From Candidatus Oxydemutatoraceae bacterium (lineage in GTDB: Bacteria; Pseudomonadota; Gammaproteobacteria; Poriferisulfidales; Oxydemutatoraceae), in assembly GCA_965218975.1 (NCBI GenBank), contig OZ244717.1, positions 766,719 to 830,718 on the forward strand: 64,000 nt of DNA. The letters are read 5' to 3'. Below the pieces are notes generated by a model, which worked only from the letters and a program-made list of their open reading frames with translations, was not told the DNA's origin and made no database searches. The translations under genes and the position numbers were made by a program. Each line of letters starts with the position of its first letter. Position 1 is the stretch's first letter. Positions 52,193 through 62,611 of this stretch are shown piece after piece.

Positions 52193-53188
52193 ATGCCGAT
52201 CGGTGTATTTGAAGCTTTCCGGATTTACCAGAGCCAAGGCGGTTTTCATGCCGCGATAGAATCGTTGCGAATCAGTGATTTGACTCCGGGGGATGTGGTT
52301 ATTCGAGTTCGATATTCGGCAATTAATTATAAAGATGCCCTTGCGGGCAGCGGGAATGCGCCAATTCTTCGCAAAAGCCCTTTGAACGGCGGTATCGATC
52401 TTGCCGGCACGGTTCTTGAAAGCGATTCTCATCGTTATGCACCGGGTGATGATGTATTTGTTCAAGGCGCCGGATTGAGTGAGATATATGACGGTGGCTT
52501 TTCACACTACGCACGTTTGCCGGCAGAAATCTTATTGCCGTTATTGAATACTTTAAGCGCATGCGATGTGATGACGATCGGCACTGCCGGGTTTACCGCG
52601 GCACTGTGTATTGATCGGATGCGTAACAACGGACAGTCTCCGGAGACGGGACCTGTATTAGTGACCGGCGCAAGCGGCGGCGTCGGCAGTTTTGCCGTAT
52701 GTTTATTATCCCAGCTTGGTTACGAATGTATTGCTGTCAGTCGCAAACCTAGCGCAAAAGAGTATCTTGTATCACTTGGCGCTAGCAAGGTGATCGCTGA
52801 AGTTGAAGAAACTTCCGCAGCGTTGACAAAGCAGCAATGGGGCGGCGCGATTGACACGCTTGGCGGAAATACATTGGCGGCGGTGATTAAAGGGACGCGA
52901 ATGCACGGTAATGTCGTCAGCGTCGGACTGGTGCAATCGGCGCAATTATCCGTATCGGTGATGCCGTTCATTGTCAGAGGTGTTAATCTGTTAGGTGTAA
53001 CGTCGGCAAATTGTCCAATGCAAACTCGCCGATATATTTGGCGATTGCTGACAAGTGAAATGAAACCGGAGCGCTTGGATAGAATCGCCAACGAAGCGGT
53101 CGGGTTAAGCAATTTGCCAACCCAATTCCGGCGGTTGCTTGCCGGCGAAGTATGCGGACGAGTACTGGTAGATTTGAGTCTTGTCTGA
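52193..53188 (+). CDS. yhdH: MDR-family NADPH:quinone/acrylyl-CoA reductase (YhdH/AcuI-like)
   Basis: INYKDALA ... GIDLAG ... TAGFTAALC ... VTGASGGVGS. I chose ATG 52193 because the longer ORF from 51989 overlaps purK. Confidence 0.8.
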   Translation: MPIGVFEAFRIYQSQGGFHAAIESLRISDLTPGDVVIRVRYSAINYKDALAGSGNAPILRKSPLNGGIDLAGTVLESDSHRYAPGDDVFVQGAGLSEIYDGGFSHYARLPAEILLPLLNTLSACDVMTIGTAGFTAALCIDRMRNNGQSPETGPVLVTGASGGVGSFAVCLLSQLGYECIAVSRKPSAKEYLVSLGASKVIAEVEETSAALTKQQWGGAIDTLGGNTLAAVIKGTRMHGNVVSVGLVQSAQLSVSVMPFIVRGVNLLGVTSANCPMQTRRYIWRLLTSEMKPERLDRIANEAVGLSNLPTQFRRLLAGEVCGRVLVDLSLV

Positions 53189-53245
53189 TAAGCCGCGCGA
53201 TTTGTAGTAAAATGTCTCCAATTGTATTGTTTAAGGGGATAACAG

Positions 53246-53563
53246 ATGGAGTCGACCGAACGAATCAAAAAACAAGTTGAGGAAAATGCGATCATCATTT
53301 ATATGAAAGGCACGCCGCAACTGCCGCAATGCGGTTTTTCCGGCCGAGCGGTACAAGCATTACAGCAATGCGGCAAAGAATTCGCCTATGTCAATATTCT
53401 GATGGACCGGGAAATCTTTCAAAATCTGCCTCAATTCTCTAATTGGCCGACTTTCCCGCAGATTTTTGTAAAAGGCGAATTAATCGGCGGTTGCGATATC
53501 GTTTTAGACCTGTTTGAAAAAGGTGAATTACAAAAGATGGTTGATGTGGCGACATCGGCCTAA
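53246..53563 (+). CDS. grxD: Monothiol glutaredoxin Grx4/GrxD
   Basis: 105 aa with CGFS active site and WPTFPQ. Confidence 0.93.
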   Translation: MESTERIKKQVEENAIIIYMKGTPQLPQCGFSGRAVQALQQCGKEFAYVNILMDREIFQNLPQFSNWPTFPQIFVKGELIGGCDIVLDLFEKGELQKMVDVATSA

Positions 53564-53596
53564 CACCAAGATAAAAGTAAAAGTAATAGAGCTGCG

Positions 53597-54127
53597 ATGC
53601 AGATCGGCGATATAGAAATCGGTGATAATCCTCCGCATGTAGTTAATGCCATCATTGAAATTCCCGCGCAATCCGGCCCGGTTAAATATGAGTTGGATAA
53701 AAACAGCGGGGCAATTTATGTTGATCGTTTCATCAATGTGCCAATGTATTACCCGTGCAACTACGGATTTATTCCGCACACTTTATCCGAAGACGGCGAT
53801 CCGGTTGATGTGTTGGTTGCAACTCCAGTACCGGTGCTGACCGGTGCGGTGATTGCTTGTCGTCCTGTCGGGGGGTTGGAGATGACTGATGAATCGGGGC
53901 GCGATATTAAACTTTTGGCGGTACCTGCGGCGAAGATGAACGGCGGCTATGACGATGTGGCGTCAATATTTGATTTGCCCGAAGCGATACGTTTGCAGAT
54001 TGAGCATTTTTTCAGATATTACAAAAAACTTGAGTCAGGTAAGTGGGTTGAAATAGGCGAATGGTTTGAAATCGAGATCGCCCATCAAGAAATCCGCTCA
54101 AGTATCCGACGTTATCCGTCTTCGTAA
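53597..54127 (+). CDS. ppa: Inorganic pyrophosphatase
   Basis: 176 aa: NAIIEIP ... YPCNYGFIP ... DGDPVDVLV. Confidence 0.93.
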   Translation: MQIGDIEIGDNPPHVVNAIIEIPAQSGPVKYELDKNSGAIYVDRFINVPMYYPCNYGFIPHTLSEDGDPVDVLVATPVPVLTGAVIACRPVGGLEMTDESGRDIKLLAVPAAKMNGGYDDVASIFDLPEAIRLQIEHFFRYYKKLESGKWVEIGEWFEIEIAHQEIRSSIRRYPSS

Positions 54128-54130
54128 GCG

Positions 54131-55984
54131 ATGCGTTTTCGCGGCAAATCAATTTTTCAACGCCGCTTGATTATCGCAACGGTTGTTATCGTACTTTTAA
54201 AAATTTCTTTGATTGCGCATTTATTTGTCTTACAAACGCAACAGCGCTTGCTTTACGCCACAATGGCGGATGAAAACCGTCTGCGTGTGTCGGCGGTTGC
54301 GCCGACACGCGGCTTAATTTACGATCGTAACGGCGAACCGCTGGCACGTAACCAAACTGTTTATCGTTTGGAGGTTCGATCGGCGGCGGTGGTTGATCGA
54401 GATAAACTGCGCACCATGCTGCCGAAGCTGATTGTATTAAATGATAAGCAGATTTCTCTTTTGGAGCGAGAACTTTCTCGGCATTCTTCGCTGAAGAGTG
54501 TGGTTGTCAAAGATCGTTTAAGCAATGAAGAAGTTGCAAAATTTGCTGTCAACCGTCATCACTTCATTGGCGCGGCGGTGATTGGCGAACCTAATCGTTA
54601 TTACCCTCACGGCGAAGTTTTTTCTCATGCCATCGGTTACCTTAGTAAGTTGACGTCCCAAGACTTTCGAACGGTTGATGCGCGCAAATACCGTCATTCG
54701 GGGCACATAGGAAGGACCGGAATTGAGCGTCGCTATGAGGATGTTCTATATGGGGAAATCGGATTGGATACGATCGAAGTGAATGCGGAAGGTCGTACAT
54801 TGAGGACAGTGAGACGACGCAGTCCGATCGCCGGCAGTGACGTTATGTTGACTTTGGATAAGAATCTGCAGGAGCTTGCCTACCAAGCGATGGGTGATAT
54901 GGTAGGTGCCGTAGTCGCGTTGGATCCGCGTAATGGTGAAGTTTTGGCATTGGTGAGTAAGCCTGCATTTGATCCTAATCAACTGTTTCAAGGTATTAGC
55001 GCACAAGCATATCAGGCGATGCTCAATCAGCCCGATCGCCCTTTTTTTAACCGAGCGATTTCCGGGCAATATCCGCCGGGATCAACGATTAAACCGGTTG
55101 TTGCGTTGGCAGGGCTGCACTATGGCGTCACATCGGCACACTACCAGATGTATGCCGGACCGAATTTCGCATTGCCCGGAAGCAAACGCCGGTTTCGTGA
55201 CTGGCGAAAGCAGGGACACGGCTGGGTGGACTTGCAAGACTCTATTGCGCAATCCTGCGATGTGTTTTTTTATGATTTGTCGCATAGAATCGGGATTGAT
55301 CGCTTGCAGGAAACATTTCGGCAATTCGGGCTAGGAAACGCGACAGACATTGATTTACCTAATGAACAGAGAGGTTTAGTGCCGTCGCGCGAATGGAAAA
55401 GAAGAACTCATCGCCTACCGTGGTACCCGGAAGAAACAATTATTTCCGGAATCGGTCAAGGTTACTTGTTAGCAACCCCGCTGCAACTGGCAGTGATGAC
55501 CGCTACGATCGCTACTCGCGGTATTCAGTCGCAACCGCAGATGGTTCGGGCAGTTCGCACTGCAGGACAGGTCGAATGGCGATTGAAAGAATTGATCGTC
55601 AAAAATCGTTTGCATTTTTCCTCCGCACATTGGAAGAGCATTGTCGATGGGATGATTGATGCGGTGCATCGTCCGAATGGCACCGCTTATTCAATCGGTC
55701 ACGATGCGCCTTATATGATGGCGGGGAAGACCGGTACCGTACAATTGTATCAACTAAGCCAAGATGAAGAGTATGATAAGCAAGCGATTGACAAATCTTT
55801 GCGTGACCACGCGCTATTTGTCGTTTTCGCGCCGGTGCAGGACCCGACTATAGTCGTTGCGGTGGTTGGCGAAAATGCAGGCAGCGGTTCGCGGTCTGCC
55901 GCGCCGGTCGCGCGTAGTGTCCTCGATGCTTATTTTGGAGCTGTGCATTCTGCTGATCGCGGTAAAGGACAATCCGCCGGCTAA
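54131..55984 (+). CDS. mrdA: Penicillin-binding protein 2 (elongasome transpeptidase)
   Basis: 617 aa: PPGSTIKP (SxxK) ... KTGT. Confidence 0.92.
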   Translation: MRFRGKSIFQRRLIIATVVIVLLKISLIAHLFVLQTQQRLLYATMADENRLRVSAVAPTRGLIYDRNGEPLARNQTVYRLEVRSAAVVDRDKLRTMLPKLIVLNDKQISLLERELSRHSSLKSVVVKDRLSNEEVAKFAVNRHHFIGAAVIGEPNRYYPHGEVFSHAIGYLSKLTSQDFRTVDARKYRHSGHIGRTGIERRYEDVLYGEIGLDTIEVNAEGRTLRTVRRRSPIAGSDVMLTLDKNLQELAYQAMGDMVGAVVALDPRNGEVLALVSKPAFDPNQLFQGISAQAYQAMLNQPDRPFFNRAISGQYPPGSTIKPVVALAGLHYGVTSAHYQMYAGPNFALPGSKRRFRDWRKQGHGWVDLQDSIAQSCDVFFYDLSHRIGIDRLQETFRQFGLGNATDIDLPNEQRGLVPSREWKRRTHRLPWYPEETIISGIGQGYLLATPLQLAVMTATIATRGIQSQPQMVRAVRTAGQVEWRLKELIVKNRLHFSSAHWKSIVDGMIDAVHRPNGTAYSIGHDAPYMMAGKTGTVQLYQLSQDEEYDKQAIDKSLRDHALFVVFAPVQDPTIVVAVVGENAGSGSRSAAPVARSVLDAYFGAVHSADRGKGQSAG

Positions 55985-55989
55985 AATCC

Positions 55990-57111
55990 ATGTCTCGGGT
56001 GAGCGATAATTTTTCTTCCGTACAAGGTACATTTATGCGGACGGATGTTGATCGTGCCTTGTGGTTGTTGCTGATTACACTGACATTGTTTAGCTGCATC
56101 ATGCTATACAGCAGCAGCAAGCAGGATATTGAACTAGTTTTGCATCAAGGGGTCAAAATCCTAATCGGCTTTTCTTTGATGGCGGCATTGATGCGGGTAC
56201 CGATAAATGTTTACCGTTGGTGGGCGCCATGGTTTTATGCGAGTGGCATCTTATTATTGTGTATATTATTTTTGTTCGGCAATCCGATTAAAGGTGCGCA
56301 ACGATGGCTTGATCTTGGGATTGTTCGTTTTCAGCCCTCCGAGATATTAAAAATCGCAACTCCGCTGCTGTTATGTTTGATCGTGACTTCGGAATCGTCG
56401 CATGTACGCTCAATGCGCTTTTTCTTAGCGGCATTGCTGCTGACGATTCCGGTCGTTTTAGTCGCTATCCAACCTGATCTCGGCACTGCATTTCTTATTG
56501 CAATCTCCGGGTTGATAGTGATTTTTCTCGCTGGCATCGCTTGGAAATGGATTTTGGGATTGATTGTTGCCGGTGTACTCGTAACTCCACTGATTTGGAG
56601 TTTGTTGTTGGATTATCAAAAGAAACGCCTTTTGACTTTTTTAAACCCTGAGCAAGACCCTTTTAATAGCGGATACCATATTATTCAGTCAAAAATTGCC
56701 ATCGGTTCCGGAGGTTTATGGGGCAAAGGCTGGTTAAATGGGACGCAATCGCAGTTGGATTTTATTCCCGAGCGTTCAACGGATTTTATCTTTGCTGCGT
56801 TTGCCGAAGAGTTCGGTTTTATTGGCGTATGCGTTTTGCTTCTGACTTATTTTTTGATTATCGGCTATGGTATTCGCATCGCTGTCAATGCCGCTGATGA
56901 ATTCGACAGATTGCTTGCCGCAAGTCTAATTTTGGCTTTTGCAGCTTATGTCTTTGTAAATATCAGTATGGTCAGTGGAATCGTACCGGTTGTCGGTGTA
57001 CCATTGCCGCTGATTAGTTATGGTGGCACTTCAATGATTACTTTATTGGCATCGTTTGGAATCTTAATGGCAGTCTCAAGACAACGTATGTTTCTGAAAC
57101 AGAAACACTAA
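55990..57111 (+). CDS. rodA: Peptidoglycan glycosyltransferase RodA
   Basis: 373 aa SEDS polytopic protein: RFQPSEILKI ... PERSTDFIFA. Confidence 0.92.
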   Translation: MSRVSDNFSSVQGTFMRTDVDRALWLLLITLTLFSCIMLYSSSKQDIELVLHQGVKILIGFSLMAALMRVPINVYRWWAPWFYASGILLLCILFLFGNPIKGAQRWLDLGIVRFQPSEILKIATPLLLCLIVTSESSHVRSMRFFLAALLLTIPVVLVAIQPDLGTAFLIAISGLIVIFLAGIAWKWILGLIVAGVLVTPLIWSLLLDYQKKRLLTFLNPEQDPFNSGYHIIQSKIAIGSGGLWGKGWLNGTQSQLDFIPERSTDFIFAAFAEEFGFIGVCVLLLTYFLIIGYGIRIAVNAADEFDRLLAASLILAFAAYVFVNISMVSGIVPVVGVPLPLISYGGTSMITLLASFGILMAVSRQRMFLKQKH

Positions 57112-57129
57112 AGAAACAGCGACAAAATT

Positions 57130-58143
57130 TTGAAATTACAGTTTTACATTTTTCTAGTTATAGGCCTAGTGAGTGTCGGCTATTCCATCGGCGTGTATGC
57201 GGACGGGTATATTACTCGTCCCGAAGTACAAGCATATATTGGCGATCTGATTCGGGAACATCAATTTGATGAAGCTCGGCTGACGCAATTGTTTCGGGAA
57301 GTCAAAAAGCAAAACCGGGTTTTACAAATTATTGAAAAACCGGCAGAGAGTAAACCTTGGTATCTCTACCGGAGGCATTTCGTCAATTCCAACTACATTG
57401 ACAGAGGGGTGTTATTTTGGCTTCGTCATCAGGCGCTTTTGAGAAAAATTGAAAAGCAACATCAAATTCCGACTGAGATTATTCTTGCCATCATAGGTAT
57501 AGAAACGATTTATGGTGAAAATACGGGCCGCTTTCCAGTGATTGACACCCTCGTAACTTTGAGTTTTGATTATCCGAGACGTAGTAAATTTTTCCGCAAA
57601 GAGCTGACCGATATGTTGCTTCTAGTACGCGAAGAAGGCTATTCGAACTACCGCAGTTTCAAAAGTTCTTATGCCGGTGCGATGGGCATCGGGCAATTTA
57701 TTCCGAGTAGCTACCGCAGGTATGCGGTTGACTTTGACGGTGACGGGCATCGTGATTTATGGGGCAGTATCCCGGACGCCGTTGCCAGCGTTGCCAATTA
57801 TTTGGCACGCCATGGTTGGCAGCCCGATCAGCCGGTCGCCAACGTCGTTCATTTTACCGAGCAAAAGAAGGTATTGCGCGATCAACTAAACGCCCGGCTT
57901 AGACCGCATCTGGGAATGGCTGAGGCGGCTGATCTAGGCATTATTGACCCGCAATCTTCGATTAGTAATCAGTTTGCTTTGTTTTCTCTTGAGATTGGCA
58001 AAGGACATTATCAGTATTGGGCGGGGTACCAAAATTTTTATACTATTACCCGCTATAATCATAGCCGTCGCTATGCAATGGCAGTCTATCTATTGAGCCA
58101 GGCGATCAAAGAGAAATATCTGGCGCGTGTTGGGGAGAGATAA
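57130..58143 (+). CDS. mltB: Lytic murein transglycosylase B
   Basis: 337 aa: IIGIETIYG ... GAMGIGQFIPSSY ... DFDGDGHRDLW. Confidence 0.85.
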   Translation: MKLQFYIFLVIGLVSVGYSIGVYADGYITRPEVQAYIGDLIREHQFDEARLTQLFREVKKQNRVLQIIEKPAESKPWYLYRRHFVNSNYIDRGVLFWLRHQALLRKIEKQHQIPTEIILAIIGIETIYGENTGRFPVIDTLVTLSFDYPRRSKFFRKELTDMLLLVREEGYSNYRSFKSSYAGAMGIGQFIPSSYRRYAVDFDGDGHRDLWGSIPDAVASVANYLARHGWQPDQPVANVVHFTEQKKVLRDQLNARLRPHLGMAEAADLGIIDPQSSISNQFALFSLEIGKGHYQYWAGYQNFYTITRYNHSRRYAMAVYLLSQAIKEKYLARVGER

Positions 58144-58146
58144 GGT

Positions 58147-58680
58147 ATGCATTATCGGTATCGTTTGTATTCCGGCGCTATCATGGGATTGCTTGTCATC
58201 GCTGTCCTATCCGGTTGCGCAGGGAAATCGGCTTATCGGCATGAGGTTCAGCCTATTGTCAAATCGGAAGTGCGACGAATCATGCCGTCGGCGGTTTGTT
58301 CAGGAACGTCTGCCACTTATGTTGTGAAAAATAAAAGGTATTGGGTGCGTCCCGCCGAAGTTGGGCAGATTGAACACGGGTTGGCATCTTGGTACGGAGA
58401 ACCGTTTCATGGACGGCGCACTGCAAGCGGCGAAATCTTTGATATGTACCGTCGCACCGCCGCACATAGAACTTTGCCGATGTTTTCGACGGTTGAAGTT
58501 ATCAATTTGAAAAATTTACGTAAAATCGTCGTATCAATTAATGATAGAGGGCCTTTTATCAAAGATCGCCATATTGATTTGTCTTATTTTGCTGCTAAAG
58601 AATTAGGGATGTTGAACGCAGGCGTTGTTCCGGTGGAAATTAAGGTATTAGCTCTTCCGAAGCAAGAAAGCTTGGGTTGA
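58147..58680 (+). CDS. rlpA: Septal ring lytic transglycosylase RlpA family lipoprotein (no SPOR domain)
   Basis: Lipobox LSGC. DPBB domain: GLASWYGEPFHGRRTASGEIFD ... AAHRTLP ... INDRGPF. Confidence 0.85.
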   Translation: MHYRYRLYSGAIMGLLVIAVLSGCAGKSAYRHEVQPIVKSEVRRIMPSAVCSGTSATYVVKNKRYWVRPAEVGQIEHGLASWYGEPFHGRRTASGEIFDMYRRTAAHRTLPMFSTVEVINLKNLRKIVVSINDRGPFIKDRHIDLSYFAAKELGMLNAGVVPVEIKVLALPKQESLG

Positions 58681-58687
58681 TCGTAAA

Positions 58688-59866
58688 GTGATTCGGTGTC
58701 TTTTTCTTTCCAACGGTGCGCTGCCGAGTAAGAGATTTATACGCATCTCATTGCTTGGTATTTTTCTGTTGTTGCCGTTCTCGGTAACCGCTTACGAGGC
58801 AATCGTTCCCGACCCACCGCTGTTGTCGGCAGAAAGTTATATTTTGATGGACTATCACACGGCGATGGTACTGGCAGAAAAGCGTGCGGATGCGGCACAT
58901 TCCCCGGCTAGTCTGACTAAAGTGATGACCGCCTATGTCGTATATCAAGCGTTGGAAGACGGATTGATTCATTTAAGCGATCAAGTAAATATCAGCCGGA
59001 AAGCACGCCAAGCAATCGGTTCGCGAATGTTTGTTGAGCAAGGATCAAAGGTTGCGGTTGAAGATCTGTTACTCGGTGTTGTTGTCCAGTCGGGTAACGA
59101 TGCGAGTATTGCGCTTGCCGAATATGTCGGCGGATCAGAGGCGGGATTTGCCGACCTGATGAATGCGCAGGCAAATCGATTAGGTTTGACCAATTCTTAT
59201 TTCATGAATGCCACCGGTTTGTCTGAAAAAAACCACTATATGACCGCACGCGATAATGCAATATTGATCCGGTCTCTGATTCAAAAATTTCCGACACATT
59301 ACCGTGTTTATGCGCAAAAGGAATATATCTATAACAACATCCGTCAGTACAACCGCAATCAGCTGTTGTGGAGAAATCTAGGTGTTGACGGAGTGAAGAC
59401 CGGCTATACCGAAGCTGCCGGCTATTGTTTTTCGGCATCGGCAAAACGTGACGGGATGCGTTTAATCGCCGTTATTTTAGGTAGTTCCGGCGAACAGCAG
59501 CGACTAGTAGATGCCGAGCGCCTATTTAACTACGGCTTTCGGTTTTATAAGACTTATCGCCTGTATCAAGCGGGCAAATCTCTGCATCAATTGCGTGTTT
59601 GGGGTGGTAAGCAAAAGTATGTTCGTGTAGGAGTGCCGCAAGATTTTTATGTTACGGTGCCGCGCAACGCGACCGGTCAACTAGAGGTCGAGAAAACTAT
59701 TCATCAAGCGGTTGATGCGCCGGTAAACTATCATCAGCCCCTTGGCGTTGTTGCTGTTAATGTGACGGAAAAATCCTCGCAGTCAATGCCTTTAGTAGCG
59801 TTAACCCCAGTGCAAAAAGGTAGTTGGATCATTCGTTTGTATGATGCTTTCTTAAAACTATTTTGA
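58688..59866 (+). CDS. dacA: D-alanyl-D-alanine carboxypeptidase (PBP5/6 class)
   Basis: 392 aa: SPASLTKVMT (SxxK), SGND and KTGYT. Confidence 0.88.
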   Translation: MIRCLFLSNGALPSKRFIRISLLGIFLLLPFSVTAYEAIVPDPPLLSAESYILMDYHTAMVLAEKRADAAHSPASLTKVMTAYVVYQALEDGLIHLSDQVNISRKARQAIGSRMFVEQGSKVAVEDLLLGVVVQSGNDASIALAEYVGGSEAGFADLMNAQANRLGLTNSYFMNATGLSEKNHYMTARDNAILIRSLIQKFPTHYRVYAQKEYIYNNIRQYNRNQLLWRNLGVDGVKTGYTEAAGYCFSASAKRDGMRLIAVILGSSGEQQRLVDAERLFNYGFRFYKTYRLYQAGKSLHQLRVWGGKQKYVRVGVPQDFYVTVPRNATGQLEVEKTIHQAVDAPVNYHQPLGVVAVNVTEKSSQSMPLVALTPVQKGSWIIRLYDAFLKLF

Positions 59867-60723
59867 ATCGATTGTCTGCGATCGCCTATTTGAACGGCAA
59901 ATTTTTCCCACTGGAAGAATGTCGTATTTCGGTATTGGACCGTGGGTTTCTATTTGGCGATGGGATCTATGAAGTCATTCCGGTATATAACCGCAGTGTA
60001 TTTGAATCCGAGTTGCATTTTGAACGGATGCGCCGAGGGCTTGAAAGAATAGGTATTGCTGTGCCACAGACTGATGCGAAATGGCTGGATATTTTTGCCC
60101 GCTTAATCCGCGACTCGAAGTGTGACAACTTAGCAATTTATTTACAGATAACCCGCGGTGTCGCACCGCGTAGCCATTACGTTGTCGATCATATACAACC
60201 GACTACATTCGCAATGACTATGGCACTTAGTCGCACGGCAGATGATGTTCTGTGTCAGGGAACCACTGCGATTACCGCCGAAGATACACGTTGGCATCAT
60301 TGCGATATCAAAACAATCAGCTTGGCGGCAAATGTCTTATTGCGTAAAAAGGCAGTTGAGGCAAATGCTTACGAGGTCATTTTGTTTCGTGATAAAGTTT
60401 TAACCGAAGGTGCGGCAGCAAATGTCCTTATTGTTTTCGGCACATCTGTTGCTGAGGCGCAGCTTGCGACTCCTCCTAAGGATAATTGGATTTTGCCGGG
60501 TATCACCCGTGAGGTGGTAAAGCGTCTCGCCGTTGAGCATTCGATTCCGTTTGTTGAAAGACGAATTAGCGAAGAAGAAATAAAAGCGGCGGACGAAGTA
60601 TGGCTGACGAGCTCTACCAAAGAAATTTTACCGGTGGTTTCAATTGACGGCCGAACGATTGGCGGCGGAAAACCCGGAGTGGTACGAGCGCAGTTTAGCC
60701 GGTGGTTAAATGCGCTTAAATGA
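59863..60723 (+). CDS. dat: Class IV aminotransferase, D-amino-acid transaminase-like
   Basis: 286 aa: VLDRGFLFGDGIYEV ... CDIKT ... LPGITR. Confidence 0.8.
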   Translation: MNRLSAIAYLNGKFFPLEECRISVLDRGFLFGDGIYEVIPVYNRSVFESELHFERMRRGLERIGIAVPQTDAKWLDIFARLIRDSKCDNLAIYLQITRGVAPRSHYVVDHIQPTTFAMTMALSRTADDVLCQGTTAITAEDTRWHHCDIKTISLAANVLLRKKAVEANAYEVILFRDKVLTEGAAANVLIVFGTSVAEAQLATPPKDNWILPGITREVVKRLAVEHSIPFVERRISEEEIKAADEVWLTSSTKEILPVVSIDGRTIGGGKPGVVRAQFSRWLNALK

Positions 60724-60898
60724 CCGGGGGATCAGCACAACCCTATTGTCGGCAGCGATTACGAATATCACTGATTGCGGTGGCGGTGATCATTGCTCCG
60801 GACCGTGCTCAACTTGGGGTGTTCTCGATGGGAATTATATACATTCCTAGACAAAGGGGGCACTCGACAAACTCTATCACGCTTTGTAGTATCGTCGC

Positions 60899-61456
60899 AT
60901 GCCGAAAACATTCTTGGAGAAAACAAAGGGCATATTACGGTTCTTTGGTTGGGAAGCCTTTCAAGCGTGGGTACTCCCATCATTATCTGTACCGGTGGCT
61001 GTCGTGATAGGTTGGTTGTCATCAGCCCCGTGGTTTTTAGTTTATCTAGGAGCACTGTTCGCCTTTGCAATGACCGCGACTGGCCTCTTGCGATTTAGTG
61101 AATGGCGATTCAAAGTCACGGCACATCACAAGCTGTCATTCTCAAAAATTCTGTTACAGAAAGTGGTATCGGACGAAGGACAGATGCATAGTATCAAATT
61201 TGGTTTTTATCTGTACAACGCAGCCTCTTTCCCTATTGAGTACATCATTCAAGAGATAAGAACCGATTTAGATGGAGAGTACTCGCCGAACAAGGAGCAT
61301 GAGAAGGATGCTTATGTGATTCCGGCATTTGCGTTTGGTTGGTTTTACAATCATGCCATCCCTTTAAGACTTGATCATCCTACAGGGAAGTTTGTAGAGG
61401 GTGGGCTTCATGCCAAACTCAAGTATGGTCGCCCACAAAACCCTGTCTGCGAATAG
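60899..61456 (+). CDS. Hypothetical membrane protein
   Basis: 185-aa ORF with two predicted TM helices (VLPSLSVPVAVVIGWL; FLVYLGALFAFAMTATGLL). No motif recognised. Confidence 0.4.
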   Translation: MPKTFLEKTKGILRFFGWEAFQAWVLPSLSVPVAVVIGWLSSAPWFLVYLGALFAFAMTATGLLRFSEWRFKVTAHHKLSFSKILLQKVVSDEGQMHSIKFGFYLYNAASFPIEYIIQEIRTDLDGEYSPNKEHEKDAYVIPAFAFGWFYNHAIPLRLDHPTGKFVEGGLHAKLKYGRPQNPVCE

Positions 61457-61583
61457 GAGATCAAGCAAAAGATTATCGTGAAGTTTAATAATGACGGCGA
61501 TGTAGAGAACATAGAGTGTTACGACTTATAATCGTCACGAATCTATCAAGGGATGGCCCTTTGCATTTCAGAACTCAAAACTC

Positions 61584-61612
61584 TTGACACCAACTCCTAT
61601 TTTTGGTAGATT
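61584..61612 (+). promoter_or_regulatory. Sigma70-like promoter of the IS1595 transposase
   Basis: TTGACA (61584-61589), 17 nt, TAGATT (61607-61612). The aaggag RBS sits 8 nt before ATG 61652. Confidence 0.4.
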
Positions 61613-61651
61613 ACTAGACAACAGATAACGACCAAATAAGGAGTGAAGCAC

Positions 61652-62594
61652 ATGCCGAAGAAAGCCCCTGGAAAGCATTACCGAAACGGAATCAGCCTTG
61701 TTGAACTGATTGACCGATTCCCTAATGAAGCCTCAGCGCGAGCATGGTTTGAATCTATTCGATGGGCGAAAGGCAGGACGTGTCCCTACTGTGCATCCGA
61801 ACACACCAACCCCGTCCCGAACGACAATCCCATGCCTTACCATTGCACGACCTGTCGGAAGTATTTCAGCGTGAGAACGGGAACGGTGATGCAATCCAGT
61901 AATCTTCCCTTGAGAAAGTGGGTGATCGGGTTCTATCTGATGTCCACAAACCTCAAAGGCGTGTCCAGCATGAAACTGCATCGGGATTTGAAGGTGACGC
62001 AAAAGACGGCGTGGATGATGGCTCAAAAGATTCGGCAAGCATGGGATATGGACAAGGCCTCATTGACTGGGCCGGTCGAAGTGGACGAGACCTATATCAG
62101 GGGGAAAGAGAAGAACAAACACCAGAGCCGGAAGCCGAAGAAACTCAGAGGAACCACGGGGAAGCAGGCCGTCTTGGGGCTGCGTTCACGTGAGGGTCAG
62201 ATCACGGCCAAGCCGATTCCAGGCACGGATAGGCAGACATTGTGGGGCGAGATTCAACAGCATGTCGAAAAAGGGAGTACCCTCTACACGGATGATCATG
62301 GAGCCTATCGTGGGTTTGGACTTGTCTGATTACGACCATCATGTGGTCAATCATTCAGCCAAGCAGTATGTGGACGGACAGGCCCACACCAACGGGATTG
62401 AGTCCTTTTGGGCCTTACTGAAACGTGGCTACCACGGGACGTTTCACAAAATGAGTGTCAAACACCTTCATCGTTACGTGAATGAATTTGCCGGACGCCA
62501 TAACATTCGTGAATCAGACACGATTGAACAGATGACATTCTTGGCTCAAGGTGTGGTGGGGAAACGTCTGCCCTATAGGGAGTTGGTGGCGTAA
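61652..62594 (+). mobile_element. IS1595-family (ISXO2-like) transposase gene, interrupted by a 1-nt frameshift near 62312-62320
   Basis: N-terminal Zn-ribbon (CPYC ... CTTC). DDE part ...LYTDDHGAYRG / (L)DLSDYDHHVVNHS ... HTNGIESFW is split over the two ORFs 61643-62329 and 62190-62594. Confidence 0.8.
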
Positions 62595-62611
62595 TTGGAA
62601 CATTTCGTAAG